From the NCBI GenBank assembly GCA_965644265.1, contig OZ286472.1, forward strand, positions 9,362,001-9,426,000: a stretch of 64,000 nucleotides of DNA, read 5' to 3'. The stretch is from Glycera tridactyla (lineage: Eukaryota). Shown piece after piece: positions 23,278 to 37,472 of the stretch. The translations under genes were made by a program, and so were the position numbers. The notes beneath the pieces were generated by a model. The model saw only the letters and a list, made by a program, of their open reading frames with translations. It did not search any database and had not been told where the DNA came from. The stretch's first letter is position 1; each line of letters begins with the position of its first letter.

Positions 23278-26200
23278 TATGAAACAAAGGACTGTACAAT
23301 AGTCATCACTGGCAGACCCAGCTCATTCATGTTTTGTGAATGTCCAGGACAAGGTATGAGCAAACCATTTAGTATCAGCTCATTCCCAGAATAATGATGG
23401 GCTCGAAACCTCCGTGGGTCATCTGCCATCCATCGCCACTGAACCACTGAAGCAGATAAAGATACATGATGCTGGCAGTTCTCGCAAAGGTCACACTCGG
23501 GACAGTCTCGGCACCGACACCGCCAACGCCTACATCCGAACAGGGTGAATCATTTCTGCTTGAGAAGTATCAATTACACAAACGTAAACATGACACCTTC
23601 CATGAGAATCATGACACCCGACATTTTGTCTCGTCAAACCTGCCATCATTCTCATGACTCATCTGATCAGAAATCACGTTCGAATCACACATGAAACCTG
23701 TTTCCAACCATAAGGAACTCTCTGTATTCTTTCCATATCTTGGGCGGCTGATACTGAAATAAGGTGATGAATTTGTTTGCCCAGTCTTGGTCTGGGTGTC
23801 ATTTATTTTATTCTTGAATTATGATTCATGAATACCAATCACATGATGGCCCATTGCTGCAGTCAAAAATATTGAATGATTACCGGAGTTTTACCACCTA
23901 ACAGTTTTTGTTGCCGATATTTTGACATCTCTAGAAGTCAATAATTGCTTTTTTGTACTGATTCAATCAAAACAGACAAAATATCTGATATTTGAATCAA
24001 TATCAAATTCAATATGGAATCATTTAATTTGAGAAAAATCTATCAAAATTCAACAACAATTCCTCCAAAAGTTTGATACTAGTCATCATTTCCAGTAGGG
24101 TGAAATGAATGGTTTGGACATGTGATGGTTATATGTGACCTTGGGGATCACAAGGTCATGATATTAGCAGCACACTGGTCATGGGAGATGTGTGACCATC
24201 AGCAATGCTCACATTTTACATGAGCACGCTCACTGCCCGATGATATATCCATTTGAGTAATACACGGCTGATATTGGTGTGTTACGAAGACAGACTGTTT
24301 CCAGCATATGATAACAAAATGTATCATATCACAAGATGGATCACCATACATTGGTTGCCATTGGCAATGCAGCACATTGTAAAAGGTAGAGCAATTTTAG
24401 GCAATCAGTCAAATTTGTTCAATGGCTGACAATCATGTAAAGGTGATGGAGCCCTTTCGCACAATTCTCATGTACTTCCACAGAAATGATGATCCTTCCT
24501 TCCCTCCATCAGCAGCCATTCAAGCAGAAAAATACCTGCAGAAATGTAGGACAATATGGGAACGTCAAATCAGAATCTGACAGGTGATTTTCACATGCTC
24601 AAGTTGCCATTTCTCGTCTGATCCAAATTTCGGTGGTATGGGTAAACGATATAGCACATAGAATTGTCATCAAACCCAGGTTTCAGTATTCACCTTCCTT
24701 TCATTGCATCAATATAGTAATCTTGCCGTGGTTATCAGCTGAACTTGTTGCATGAAACAACGAAGATGCAATCACAGACTTCTCTTTCAACATATCTGTC
24801 CATAGACAAGCGAGGATCACTGTGATCACATTTTCAGTCTACAGAAATGTCAACAAAGCTTGTCAGTGAATTTTACTTCGATTACACCTCTATAATTGTG
24901 AAGAAAATGAGAAATGTACCCATAAGATATTACCTTACCTCAGGATACCTTAGGACATTTCTGGGCGCAGGCTATGGCCTCGATGCCCAGATCTTAGCAG
25001 TTTTAGTCTGGTTCAATGACTGAAGCAGTGGATTCTGTGAGTCAAGGGCAATATCAATGCAACAGGAAGTGTTTTTTGTGTGCTTCATTGTTGATAATAT
25101 GGTTGCAGAAATTGGTCTCCATTTAGGTTATTTCCAATCACAGAATTTGCTTCATAAATATCCCTATAGATATTCATGTTCAAATCCCCTCAGCCCTGAT
25201 ATATCTTCATTTATTCATCACGATTATCTTTTAAATAAATATTCCAAGGGTCCAGATGATGGCTTTCAAGTGAAAAAAAGGTCTCCCTCCTGAGGAATTG
25301 TCATGCAATACAAATGTCACAATTTACATCCCTTACACCACTCTGAATTGACCTATTCAGATCAAAACCTTTGATAATATCTAGATGTGAATTCAGGGGA
25401 GCCATGCAAGTATCCCGAGAAAGCTAAGTGCACATTGTGTTCCCATTAAAAGGGTGAAAATGAAGCCATATTAAATTCTGATAATGTGATTATAATTTAC
25501 GAGAAAACGTACATCTCATAAAAATACTCTTAGATAGGGAGCCAAGAAAACTTTGGCTGGCCTACCCTCCAAAAGTTCTATCAAACGCCAGTTCTGTCAG
25601 GGAGGTAAATAAATATGAGGCACTGCAAATATTGACTCCTGCACAGATGCTATGTTGATACATTCTGTAAGCAGTCGCTTTGTAAATAAAACTGGCTGTT
25701 CTTGAGACCACTCCATAAAATAGATCTTGATATATATTCTACACAGCCGATATAGTGTGATTTTTCTTTAGCACACTTGCCACTTTTTCTATACTGAAAT
25801 CAATAGAGTCAAACAAATTACAGAACTAGAATAACTTTATATTTCCTCCATATTTTCTTTTCATTTTCCAGCGATGTCCTGCCCTGTCATTATACACCCT
25901 TAGGCATAGGGCACGATCAGGATGTCTTGAGTGGCAATAATTCCACGCACTTGCGGATAGTTTTCTATACATTTGATCAACTAATTGAATGATTTGTCTG
26001 CAGCAAGCAAGGTTCATGCCAGGTGAAATTGACTTCAAACAAGACATTCACAGTTGATGTAGGTCAATAACCTCTAATTTTGAAGGTCATGTGCTCTGTC
26101 AGTGAAAGGTTTGGGGGTTGTATATGTGTGACCACAAGTGGCAGCGACCCCCTGACCCCACTCATTGCCACATTGACTGGCTGATTAGGCAGTGGTTAAA

Positions 26201-26774
26201 GGCAAGTGGAGTCATCAGGCTCCGTGACAAATGCGGGCCAGCACCAGGCAGGACCACTCAACACCTCCTGAATACAAACTACTTACCTTGGGCCACTCAG
26301 GCAAACTGCCCTCCAACTTTTAGCACTGATACAGACTCAAAAGGCTTCTCCCCAATATTTCTTTGTTGTGTCATCAGATGTTTTTGCGTCTATTCTGAGT
26401 AAATATGTATCAGTATGTGATTCATCAGTGAGAATTTTATTGTAATCCACTGACCTCTAGGTCAAATCAGAAAGATGAGCTACATATTGATTCTATCAAC
26501 CATCCATATGCTGTTACCACTAACCAATTTCATGCTCCGAACATGGATACATACATTATGTATCAAATTGTATACATTGTTTGAAAATAAAGTATATAAC
26601 ATCACATTACATTAAGCCTCATACCAGTGGGTATGCAATGGAGCATGCCCTGAGAGAGCAACATGATTTTCCTCAAGCAGGGAATGAAGTAAAATTTGTT
26701 GATCAAAATAGTTGAATATTCCAACATAGTGTTCAATATTGATTCACAATGAGGCTCAGAATTCATCACCGCAT

Positions 26775-26890
26775 GAACTTGAATCAGGACATGGCGTCGG
26801 GGTTGAATTCCATCAAGTGACGATGCTACTCAAGCGCATTTGCCATAAGCTGAAGGAAGTGTTTGGGAGGTTTACCCTGAAAGTTTCAAA
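26775..26890 (+). mobile_element. Degenerate PLE-terminal fragment with hammerhead-like remnant
   Basis: LNQD-like codons followed by CTGAAGGA...accctGAAAGTTTC (26850-26887). Confidence 0.35.
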
Positions 26891-27871
26891 AACTTTCAAT
26901 TCCACTATGAGTATACATGAAAACATCTACCTTCGCAGATTTGATTTTCCATGCCATGACAATCTGGCTTGACACCCATTCACAGTGCAAGGGGCATCTT
27001 GGCTAGTGGTTGATGGTGCATCAATCAGGATGGCAATCTGCAAGGACGCCTCCGACTCACCTCGTTCTTTATATTCTTATGTATATAATGGAGGAATGGG
27101 TGGAATAGAGATGAGACGAAGAGGAGGGCACGTATGCTGCTTACTGAATGAATCATTCCCCCCCTCCCCCCCCCCCCCAATCTTGTCAGGCAAAGATAAG
27201 TGCATACATAATAGACTATTTCAAAGAACAACAATACAAATCTCGACTTCCCGTCAGGCCACTGTTTTCCAGAGGTAATGGCTGTGTTATTTAACACTTC
27301 TTTCCTCACTACATATTCTCCTTCCATGAGACCGCGAAGATTATATCCTCATGATTATACAAACTTAGGTACTCCTTGCAAGACTCAAAACCCCATTCTC
27401 GTTGTATCTTATTCTAATTCTGACCACTGCATGATTGTTAACCAGTCTTAAGCTTCACAGACGAGCCACGCTGAGGTGATGTTATCAGCATATGTGGACA
27501 GGTAAGAGTTAATCCATGTCAGTTCTGTTTCCTTAAAGCACCTATCTCCCCATGTTACTACCAACAAGTTATAATGCACACAAATGTGGACTGAAAACTC
27601 AAGTCGAAATAGTCGATCCAGAATAAATGTACAATCGAACATGTAATATTATGTTGATCTGATTGAGATGGATACAGAATGGTATTCACATTGAAAGGTG
27701 TAATATTCACGGGTGGATTTGGCAGAGTTTGCAGGTAGAGGGGCTAATGCTCAGTGAATGGCCATGTCATCCCTGTCAGGGTTGAAGATGAAATATGGGG
27801 TCCCAGACTACCCACTAACCTCTCTTCAGATTAGCCAAACAGAAGGGGAGAAAGACAAAACCACTCACTAT

Positions 27872-28015
27872 CCCTCTCTCTTCCACTCTCTCTCTCTTTC
27901 TTCCTCTCGCTCCCTCTCCCTCTCCTCCCATCTCTCTCCCTCTTTCCCTCTCTCCCCTATCTCTCTCCCTCTCCTCCTCTCCCCCCCCCCCCACTCTCTT
28001 TTTCTCTCTCTTCAC
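27872..28015. repeat. CT-rich polypyrimidine low-complexity tract
   Basis: Direct reading; abuts an assembly gap. Confidence 0.95.
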
Positions 28016-28029
28016 CGATACCGATACCC

Positions 28030-28194
28030 NNNNNNNNNNNNNNNNNNNNNNNNNNNNNNNNNNNNNNNNNNNNNNNNNNNNNNNNNNNNNNNNNNNNNNN
28101 NNNNNNNNNNNNNNNNNNNNNNNNNNNNNNNNNNNNNNNNNNNNNNNNNNNNNNNNNNNNNNNNNNNNNNNNNNNNNNNNNNNNNNNNNNNNNN
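28030..28194. other. Assembly gap (N run)
   Basis: Ns. Confidence 1.
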
Positions 28195-28949
28195 AACATC
28201 AGCAATAATTCCAGTACATACCATCATACTTCGATAGAGATATTTGTGGAATGGCACAGAACTTTATAAGATAAGAATTTCTGCAAAAGAATTGACTAAT
28301 TGAAATTCAACAGCATGTATCAGTTGAGAAGATCATGTATGTAGTGAGTTACTGGGCTACAACAGCTCTGCTATCCAACAAGCATCACTCTTGCAAACTC
28401 TGAACAAAAGGTGATGAGAACCTGAACCATCATCTGATAATTCATACACACCTCTACATATCCAGCATAAACCTTATGAACCTAATGATGACAAGGTTAG
28501 TAGGGTATACTACTTTGCATATGAAATATTGAAAAAGACCATTTGCACTGATCCTATACCAACAAACTCAATAGAGACCTGACTTCAGTAACAGCCATCA
28601 CATATAATGGTCCCACAAGAGAACGGTGAATTTATATGTGCATGGACTAATGTGAAATCTGTTGATGTATTCACAGCACTTAACATGCCAGAGACCAATT
28701 ATTAACTGAATACTTTTGATGTTCTGTCTGTCATAAATAACGCCAACTGCAAGAGAAAAATTCCCCGAAACAGATCCGGGAGCGTGGTATTTCATTATTT
28801 CAGCCATACATCATCTGTCGGTGCCAATACTATGATTCATCAATATGTAGCATGTCTAAAGACATGTTCAGTTAACTATTCAATATCTGATGACTGATTA
28901 TAGTGCACGGCTGAGACTATAATGACTGAGTTGCATGATTGGCAGGGTG

Positions 28950-29213
28950 AGAAAAGGGGGGGGGGGAGAGGGAGGAGAGAGAGAAAGAGAGAGAGAGAGA
29001 GCACCACAGAGAGAAAGAGATAAAGGGAGGAAGAGTGAGAGAGAGAGAAGGAGAGAGAGTGGGGAGTGTGGGTGAGTGGAGATACTGAGGCCCGAGATGG
29101 AGACAGAGACAGAAAGAGAGTGATAGAGAGAGAGGGAGAGAGAGGGGGGAGAGAGGGAGAGAGAGGAGGAAGTGAGAGATAGAGAGGGGGGGGTGAGAGA
29201 GGAAGAGCAAGGG
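28950..29213. repeat. GA-rich polypurine low-complexity tract
   Basis: Direct reading. Confidence 0.95.
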
Positions 29214-29758
29214 GCACGTGACTTGAGTTGTTGGGGCTAGTTTCTAAAGCCCCAATTGGCTAGTTTATACAGATATTTCAGCACTCATGAAATATATTAG
29301 AGGTGGACAGGCTGATTTCAGACGTTAGCATGAGAGAACCACCACAAACCTGACAGTGATTTATGGTTGAAAAAATTCATCACAGACACAGGTGACAGAT
29401 CTGCTTGCCCACATACCACCATAAAATATATCCACATGTGCCAGGCAAAAATGACCATGAAATCATGGTTGAAACCTAAGGATGATGAATATTTGATGAG
29501 ATTTTAATGAATATATTATGATGACATGATGATGCTATACTAACCTTATTCAAATATTTCTATAATGGCACCCAAACCAATACCAATACAGAGGTGGCAA
29601 TTTCCCAACTGGAAAAGAATTCTCTTGTTAATTTGATTAGATCAGTTCAAATGAACTCCATTCAGTCTTATACAAAACATATTTGCAAATGTATCATAAG
29701 CCCAGAAAATTTGGCTTTTCCAAATTGAAGAACGTGGAGCACAACTATTTCACATATA

Positions 29759-29938
29759 TACAGTGACAATTGCTATGAGAGACCCTAAGCGAGAGACTAC
29801 ATCTGAAGGAAAATTGCATCTTCAGGGCAGCTTCAAAATTTGGAATGGTCAAATATACTTGCAAGGAAAAACCACCGCTTTTGAGAGACCACACTTTGAT
29901 GAAATTTGGGGTTGTCTGTTGTTGCAGGTTTCACTGCA
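29759..29938. mobile_element. MITE, 180 bp
   Basis: TA-CAGTGACAA...CAGGTTTCACTG-CA; the interior matches the family. Confidence 0.75.
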
Positions 29939-30134
29939 CCAAGATTCATACTTCTAATAGTTTGACATATTTGTGATGATAAACTTGTATTTTTCCATAA
30001 CACACCATGAAATCATATGTGCCCACAACACTTCAGAGATGTAGTAATCTGCTTCTACCGGATTCATTTGAACGAATGATGATTCCGCGTGAAGACACCA
30101 GTGTGACGTGTGAGCTCATAATGCATGTACATAA

Positions 30135-30386
30135 GTCATCATCATCCGATCAATCCTGTATAGGTCATAGCAGTTTACAGCTCAGCCGTGTTGGTGCAGG
30201 CGGTGTCTTTCTTCAGCAGGTCTTGATGGTGTATGTGAGCTGTGGCCTTCCCCTGTGGTGTCCTGCCATGTGTCGGCTCCCACAGCACAAGAGGGTTTAC
30301 AGCCAGTTCCAGGTGCCTGACACAGTGTCCAGCCAGTTTGAGTCTCCTTGCTCTGATCTTTGTTCGAGTCTCCTTGCTCTGATCTT
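30135..30386 (-). mobile_element. RTE-clade LINE 3' fragment
   Basis: Minus translation KIRARRLKLAGHCVRHLELAVNPLVLWEPTHG then (frameshift) RGRPQLTY, the RTE C-terminal RRL.LAGH...LW.P..G...GRP motif; (GAT)n-like tail at 30137-30145; 21-bp duplication at 30340-30386. Confidence 0.8.
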
Positions 30387-30690
30387 ACAAAAGTAATGTT
30401 GAAAAGATAGGTCTTAAGGAGGATATGAAAGCACAGAGTATCTTCAGTGGATATACATCTTGTGGGGAAGAATTACACAGAAAAATATTCGCTTTTTCTT
30501 GGATTCAAGGAAGCAGGCGAACAATCGGTCTTGCTCTTACAATGAGATGCGGCAGAATACAGGCCACTCGATCACATCCCATTCACCCTCAGTTGAGATG
30601 CTGGCAGCTCCACCCACATATCTTATAAATACATAATCACACTGTCTAACCAACAGCCCCAAACTACATATAAAAAGTGGATTACTTCAG

Positions 30691-30873
30691 TACAGTGAAC
30701 CTTTAGATGAGAGAGGACCCTGAATATCACCCAAAAGTGGTCTGGTGAAAGAGATGATCTCTCATTGGAGGTACATTCAACTAGGTCTAAAAGAGAGGCT
30801 GCTTTGCAAAATCAGTCTCCTGTCAAAGGTGGTCTCCCATGGGGGGGGGTCTCTTGGCACGGGTTTCACTGTA
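30691..30873. mobile_element. MITE, 183 bp
   Basis: TA-CAGTGAACC...GGGTTTCACTG-TA. Confidence 0.85.
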
Positions 30874-31544
30874 TTGTGGTGCAGTACAGAGATCAGAAAA
30901 GGTAAGGAGACCCTCAGGGTCAAACTCAAATTCCTTGACTTACACAAAAGTAGAAACAATGCTGGACAATGGTCCAGGAAGTATCATCAAGACAAGAGGA
31001 AGGGGAACCTTCGGGTGTTGACTCCTATTCATGGTCAAATGGCCTAGAAAATGACTGATCCTTCACCTTTGACCAGGTTCCCCAGTGTAGAACAAGACCT
31101 AATAGAAGTCTTTGAAGGGAGTAGTCCTACCCAAATGCAAATAATCTTTTGTTACCCTAGGTTTTTGATCATATTGAAGAGTATGACCTCATGTGATACA
31201 CTATTCTTGATGTTGTCAAAAGGAAAGCCATGACTGAGGACCCCCCCCCCCCCCCCAACACCAATGTTATACCTACCAAATATGAATGTCTTGAATCACT
31301 GCATGAAACTCCTGATGAGTGGCAACACAGCTAGAATCTTCATGCCAGTAACTGAGGCCAACTCTGTACAGTTTCACAAAAAAACCAATTACAGTCAAAA
31401 CCGATCATATCAGAAGAATCTCATTGAATCCAGGTGAAGCACATATACACCACCAACAACATTCTTTCTTGAATAAGAGCATCTCCATCCTACACAAGGA
31501 GTTCGACTGGTTTCACCGAAGTGTGGCACAGTCTGCCCAGTTTG

Positions 31545-31725
31545 CGCAAGAATACTCGTAGCTCAACAGGGACAGGGGCCGACACAGCCTCCTGCTGATT
31601 CTCCTGGAGATCGTCCACCAGTCACATGATTGCCGCCTAACTACATGGTCACATGATGATACAACTACAGCGCCTACGTCAAGAGGTGAAGAAAGGGTCC
31701 AGATGGATTGGCCCTGAGAGTTTCT
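31545..31725 (+). mobile_element. Penelope-like C-terminal fragment plus mutated hammerhead-like motif
   Basis: LNRDRGRHSL...HQSHD, then GTGAAGA-A-AGGGTC-cagatggatt-GGCCCT-GAGA-GTTTC (31686-31724). Confidence 0.6.
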
Positions 31726-34069
31726 CAATCTTTCATAATAATCCCTGTGAGTAACCTAGTAATGTAAACTTCGAGATATGGAAGAGTAATCTTTCTATAT
31801 TTGTGGTCACTGAAGAACGTTTCATGGGATTACCTCAGGATTTCACATTAAACCACAGAATGTTTTTGATTACAGAAAATGAATCCTTCAGGATTGGGGT
31901 ATATTCGTGCTCCAGTATAAATATTGAGATTGTCTTTGACTGAGATTGTCTATAACATGACCTTTCCCTTGGATGTCCCTGACGGAGATATACATATATA
32001 TGAGTGGAAGGAAACCATATCCCTGGTGACACAGCAATCATGTAATACCATACAAATGCTCGCGAGTAGAACATCAGTTGATCTCTCGAGCTTTGGGCTC
32101 CATCAGTCCATGCATGATAACAATACTATCATAGTGATGACCTCAGCTTGGCATCCATAACAAGTCAAAACCACAACAAACACTTACCAACTACAGAAAA
32201 GAGTAAAAGAAAACATGATCATCAGTGAAACCGTAAATTCGTAACAAACTATTACTCAAGTTCAATCGTGGTGGGTCCATTTTTGCCCCAGCATCGCGAA
32301 TTCGAATCAGATTTGAATGAGACTCACTGACAGACTTTGTCTACATCTCCGGTGACTAGAAATGTGATCTTGGCGAGGTGCTCATGAATATTTCACCTCA
32401 GAACACCAAATATGTGATTTCATGCTGGTTTTGCAGCAGGTGCGGCGGCCGTATCTCGATTGTTTCACATAGGGAAGGTCAGACAATAATGCCGGCAGAT
32501 TCATCGTAAAAATGCAATGAAATGATGGCGTATCCTCTTCAAAAGCATACAGAATATCTGAATCCAGATTCAATGATGGTCGGAAGATCTATACATTCCA
32601 TTCATGCCATCAAAAGTAAAATCAGACAATAAATGGTGAAGTTATCATCTGAAACATATCCACCACATTTGGATTTGACAGAGTTTATAGCAGCCAAGCC
32701 AAGATTAGAGAAATCTTGACTCCTGACTAGCTCAAAGCCATAACCCATCAGCAGCTGATGGATACCAATAGATGCTGGGTCCTCCCTGAAATAAGTGTGG
32801 GATACCAGTATGAGATACAGCGAGAACATCCTCTCTCATTTTTGTATCATTAACAAACCAGGTGATATGAAATATCCAGACTTAAGCTCATGGACCAAGC
32901 TCATTGAAAATTTCGCATATCAGAGAGATGGGTCAGGGATCAATTAAATGGTCACTGTCGATGCCTCTCATGTCTACGGATGGCATATTAACTTCGGTAG
33001 ATTAAAACATGAGAAATTACTTAATCTTTAAGATCAGTCATTCATTGAAAACAAAATGAAAGAAAATCCAAAAACAGAAAGAGGAAAATGGTAGTGAGCA
33101 AAAAGTGCCATCTATCATGTCATCAGTTGCTAGTTAGTCATGCCATCCACCAGAGGCCACTCAATATGCACTGAATAAATATTTGTTTCCCCAACACATC
33201 TTTTGCACAAGAGGCAACATAATTATTGTGTTCTGCTTGGGTGGATATCATTATGGGATGGCAAGAATATAAAACTGCCAATTCACTCCTGCCCTCTGGT
33301 TGGCTCATAATTGGAAAGTCCAGCATTTTCTGTGACAATTTCATCAACTATTTGTGATTTCCAATTACAAGATCAGAAATCAGATGAATAGCTTGCATGC
33401 TGGTTGTGGTGGAAATTTATCATCCAGTTTCATATTTCAGGCCACATGAGCAACCAAAACTACAGCTCCCATTTCTTCATGGATGCTATATATTGTTTTT
33501 AGATGCTTCTACACTTTCATAGACATCATATATCCTCTCAGAGCTTAGTATTTCTGTAAATGAAGCAGAAATGTTGGCAGAACATATAGGTGCAATCCTG
33601 GACTACATTCTGAGCAACTTGAAAGGAGTGTGATCAATTAAGAAAAAATGTCACCAACACGTAGCACGCATGACTGACTCAATAGATCTCATACATTCTT
33701 CCTGAGACTCCCATCCATCCTTCATTGTCACACATTCTTTCAGGAGTGTCCACACCTGTAGTGGAAATGTAGGCTAAAAGGATAGGTGAGCCCCAGGCCT
33801 ACATTTGGGGCAACACAATCTGATTGCCTGCCATTAGGATTAATGGACTAAGGCTATTACATGGACATATATGACAATGGTTCTCATCTTGGTAGAAATA
33901 TACATATCTATTGCAATTCACTATCAATGACTTTCAAAAAGTTGTCTAGGTATTCATGATCATATGAACTATGATGATTGTTCATAATCAAAATGATGTC
34001 ATTATCATGATTATCAACATTATATAGAGTATAGATGTGAAGTGAAACATTTCCTTCTGATACAAGTTG

Positions 34070-34695
34070 CTATATTCTCTCACGACCAATGCAATTTTGA
34101 GGGTGTTGAAGGGCGGTGTGTTCTCACTAGTGATCACACCCTGCTGAAAGTGATCACACACCCCTCACTCAGCTATTTCCGTGCGCGTGACGAACACTAA
34201 CGAGTGCCGGTTTGTTTACGTTTTCATGACTCTCTCTCCTGCTGTTTATGAATGACGCCCTGGATTCTAATACAGGCATTGAATAAACTTGTTTCATTAA
34301 GCGAGTTTCCCTCAAAATCCAACTGGCATATACATGCATATTGAATCAAAAATTGATAAATATCATTCGCCAGCCTGGAAACATATTATTATTCTAATAT
34401 AAGGGATTACGGCTCGTAAAATATAATTTTTGTGAATACTTTTGCTGAATAATTATACCAAGCTTTGTCACCTGCTCGCCGTTCGGCCTCCAGTTGGGTA
34501 GATCAACCCTGTCAGATCCAAAATACCACTAAAAAACCATTTCTTCCTAATGATCATGTTGGTATGGTCGTGAGAGAAAAGTAAGAAGTACCGGCGGGGT
34601 GTGATTGGCTTGTTTTTCCCACCTTGGTGCGACGACTGTCGTTGTACCTTGGTGAAAAAAACACCGATCACACCCCGCCGGTACTTCTTACTATA
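34070..34695. mobile_element. Non-autonomous element with 14-bp inverted repeats (34075-34088 / 34565-34578) and a terminal 113-bp palindrome (34580-34692); Crypton- or Helentron(HINE)-like
   Basis: TTCTCTCACGACCA / TGGTCGTGAGAGAA; near-perfect hairpin; CTATA direct repeat at 34070-34074 and 34691-34695. Confidence 0.65.
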
Positions 34696-37472
34696 GTAAC
34701 ACATGTCTAATTGACATAGCACACACATGAGACACAGGTGTGACCTGGCTAGGCTGATGAAATAAAAGCAAACTAAAGGACTTGTGACATCACATATCAG
34801 TGCCTATGGCCAATACCCATGCTGTTCATCATTCAGTCATTCCTGGGCCAGTATCATCATAGTTCCCATCCTCAATGAAATAACACGAAAAGATTCAAAT
34901 TCGCTCCATCTTCACAAAGGGCAAAGGTATTGAGTAGGCTACATAGTTTGTAGGAGGAGTAGTTTTGAAGTAATATCGGCTTTCCCCAAAATTGTGACAA
35001 ATTCACATGCAGATGAAGACATGAGTGGCAGCGGCAGCAGCAGTGGTGTTGACAATGGTTATGGTGTCCGAATAAGGGCAAGATTGCTATTTCGCATATT
35101 TACTTCACAAAACAGATGTTTACAAACAAGAAAACAATGGCACCTTGAGTCAGAGACTTCAAATAATCTGTAATGGAAGTGACAAGAGAAGCCAGGTGTC
35201 ATGCCTTTTGTGATATCTTTACTAAATGAGAGATGGTCAGAGTAAAAATGGGAATGAAACTACATTTCACTGTACACGGTGTGTCCTGTGTATGTGCAAG
35301 CTGTATGGTGTGCCAAGCTATGCAGACTGCCACAAAAAATAGCAGCTGACTAACCCAGCCAGGAGCACATTCAACTCCACACACAGATACCCACAAGACA
35401 CAGTTCACCATCTGGTCATACTCATGTTCAAGCCTATGATTTCTGCGACTGTGATTTGTACATTCCAATTAATTTGTACATTCCAATGGTATATCATAAA
35501 TCATTCGGCGCCAAAAGTTGTTCATGAACATTATCCCCCAATAGATTCTTGCTAACTGGTCATTCATAGCCTTTTTTTTAGTTCAATTGGTTGCTAGCTA
35601 TGCTGAGCGCACAATTTGAAATCAGATCCTCCCATCTGTCCAAAACATTTGTATCCAACTTCCTTGACCAGGCTTCATATTTTCACCGAGCGGGTGAGCC
35701 AGTGCAGCAATAGATAGCTCTACTTATGTCACTTAGCATCTACATTCGAAAAGCATCTGTCAAAATCAACTGACAAACTAGAATGAGCTGTAGCAGAGGG
35801 ATGACCCTTACATGGACGAGTTGCTATGGTTACAGTCACCAGAGCAGCTGATTGTGACATCACACATGCCTCCATTGTGACCACATCACTGGTGTAGACC
35901 ATGAGGTTTCAGTATGACAGGGCTCTACATTTACATTTTACGTCAGTCGTCCCCTGCATTGTGATCTCCACCAGCCCTCCCCAACATTTTCACCCGCCCT
36001 CCTGCATATTATCAAAGATTGAATAATGTTTCTGAAGTTCATCAGGCCAGAAAATTCATATGACTTGAAGGATGTACTTTTAACATGGCCAGACTTCACT
36101 TACTTTTGTTGACAGTTTCAATGACTGTCAGCCATCTACTTCAAAACTGGTGGTCGCTCAAATTATACGACTGAATAATGGTTATGTCCCTGCCAATAAG
36201 GCAGCTATATTGTCAAAATTACATGTCTCAACAAGAAATTTGCCTGCTTGTGACAGGCCTTAGGAAACTGATTTTGACTGTTTTGCTATGAGTGACCTTG
36301 AAATTCAAGATGGGCAACCCCTAAAACTTCTGAGATGAGTAAAGTTACCGAGTTTTAAGTTGATGGCTCTCAAACTTTTTTCTTCATCCTGCAGAAAAGA
36401 TGCCAATGAACAGACACTCAGACAGCACTATACAATAATATCGCAATTGGTCTATGATAACTTTGATGCATATTCGGTAAAAACTGATTGAAGATGATCA
36501 CAACCGATGTTAGATGATCTTATGAGTCAAATCGCCTGAGAATCATGGAGTACAGCGAATAACACCTAGACAATCTCCTGCCGCGCTTTTATCATCAACC
36601 GAGAAATAATACACATGATTGGATGATCAGAGAGGGTGGCTATGTGCCATCAGCTCGTGCTATTAACACCCCCTTCAACAGAAGGACCGCTAAGATAGCT
36701 GGATGGGGCATCACCAGAAACAATCAATGATTACCAGATGAGCAATACTTTGTTGATGGCTCTCATAAAACAAGCCAGAGAGCTGAGATAATTACAAATA
36801 AAACTAACATAAATTCTCGATGATCAACCGTGCCAAATGAATAGTGTCCCATCGTATCTTATACAATCAGCATATATTTGTGTCTCGAGCATGATGACTC
36901 CGTCTGATAAGAGGGAGAACGTTCCATGCTACGAATGTACTAGCCGGTCGCTTGATGCAATCAAGAAGTCATCCACCCTTTTATGATAAAATCCGATGCC
37001 TGACATGCGTACCCATCCATCACTTGTCTGCCATGCAGTCATTAGAATGTCTATTCACAATCGATATACAAGCTCAAAACAAATATCTGGTGACTTCACA
37101 AGAAATTCACATCATAGATTACAAGTAGCCTACATACTATGATTTCATTTCATTTTGGTTTCGGGTACAACCGAGGTCAAGTAGAGTAACCCTATGCACG
37201 GGAGATAACGCTCTCAGTGGTTCCGGGACTAACCACGGAGAGGTGTGTAACTTGGATATGGTCCATTGAGATGTTCCTCCTGTGTGAAACACTACTTTAA
37301 GAAATGGTACAAAATGCTGCACAATAAAGTGAACGGTGCTGATGTGATGTTGAACCAGATACAACCAACCAACCAACCAATCAACCAACCAATCAAGTAT
37401 CGAATGAACCGATAGCTTGCTCACGACCATGATCAAGGTATGGTTTATCTGTCTTATGTATCTCTTAGAGAA

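Noticed and set aside
27758-29217. Ser/Leu/Pro or Glu/Arg/Gly ORFs, and all ORFs spanning N runs elsewhere
   Set aside because: Low-complexity and gap artefacts.
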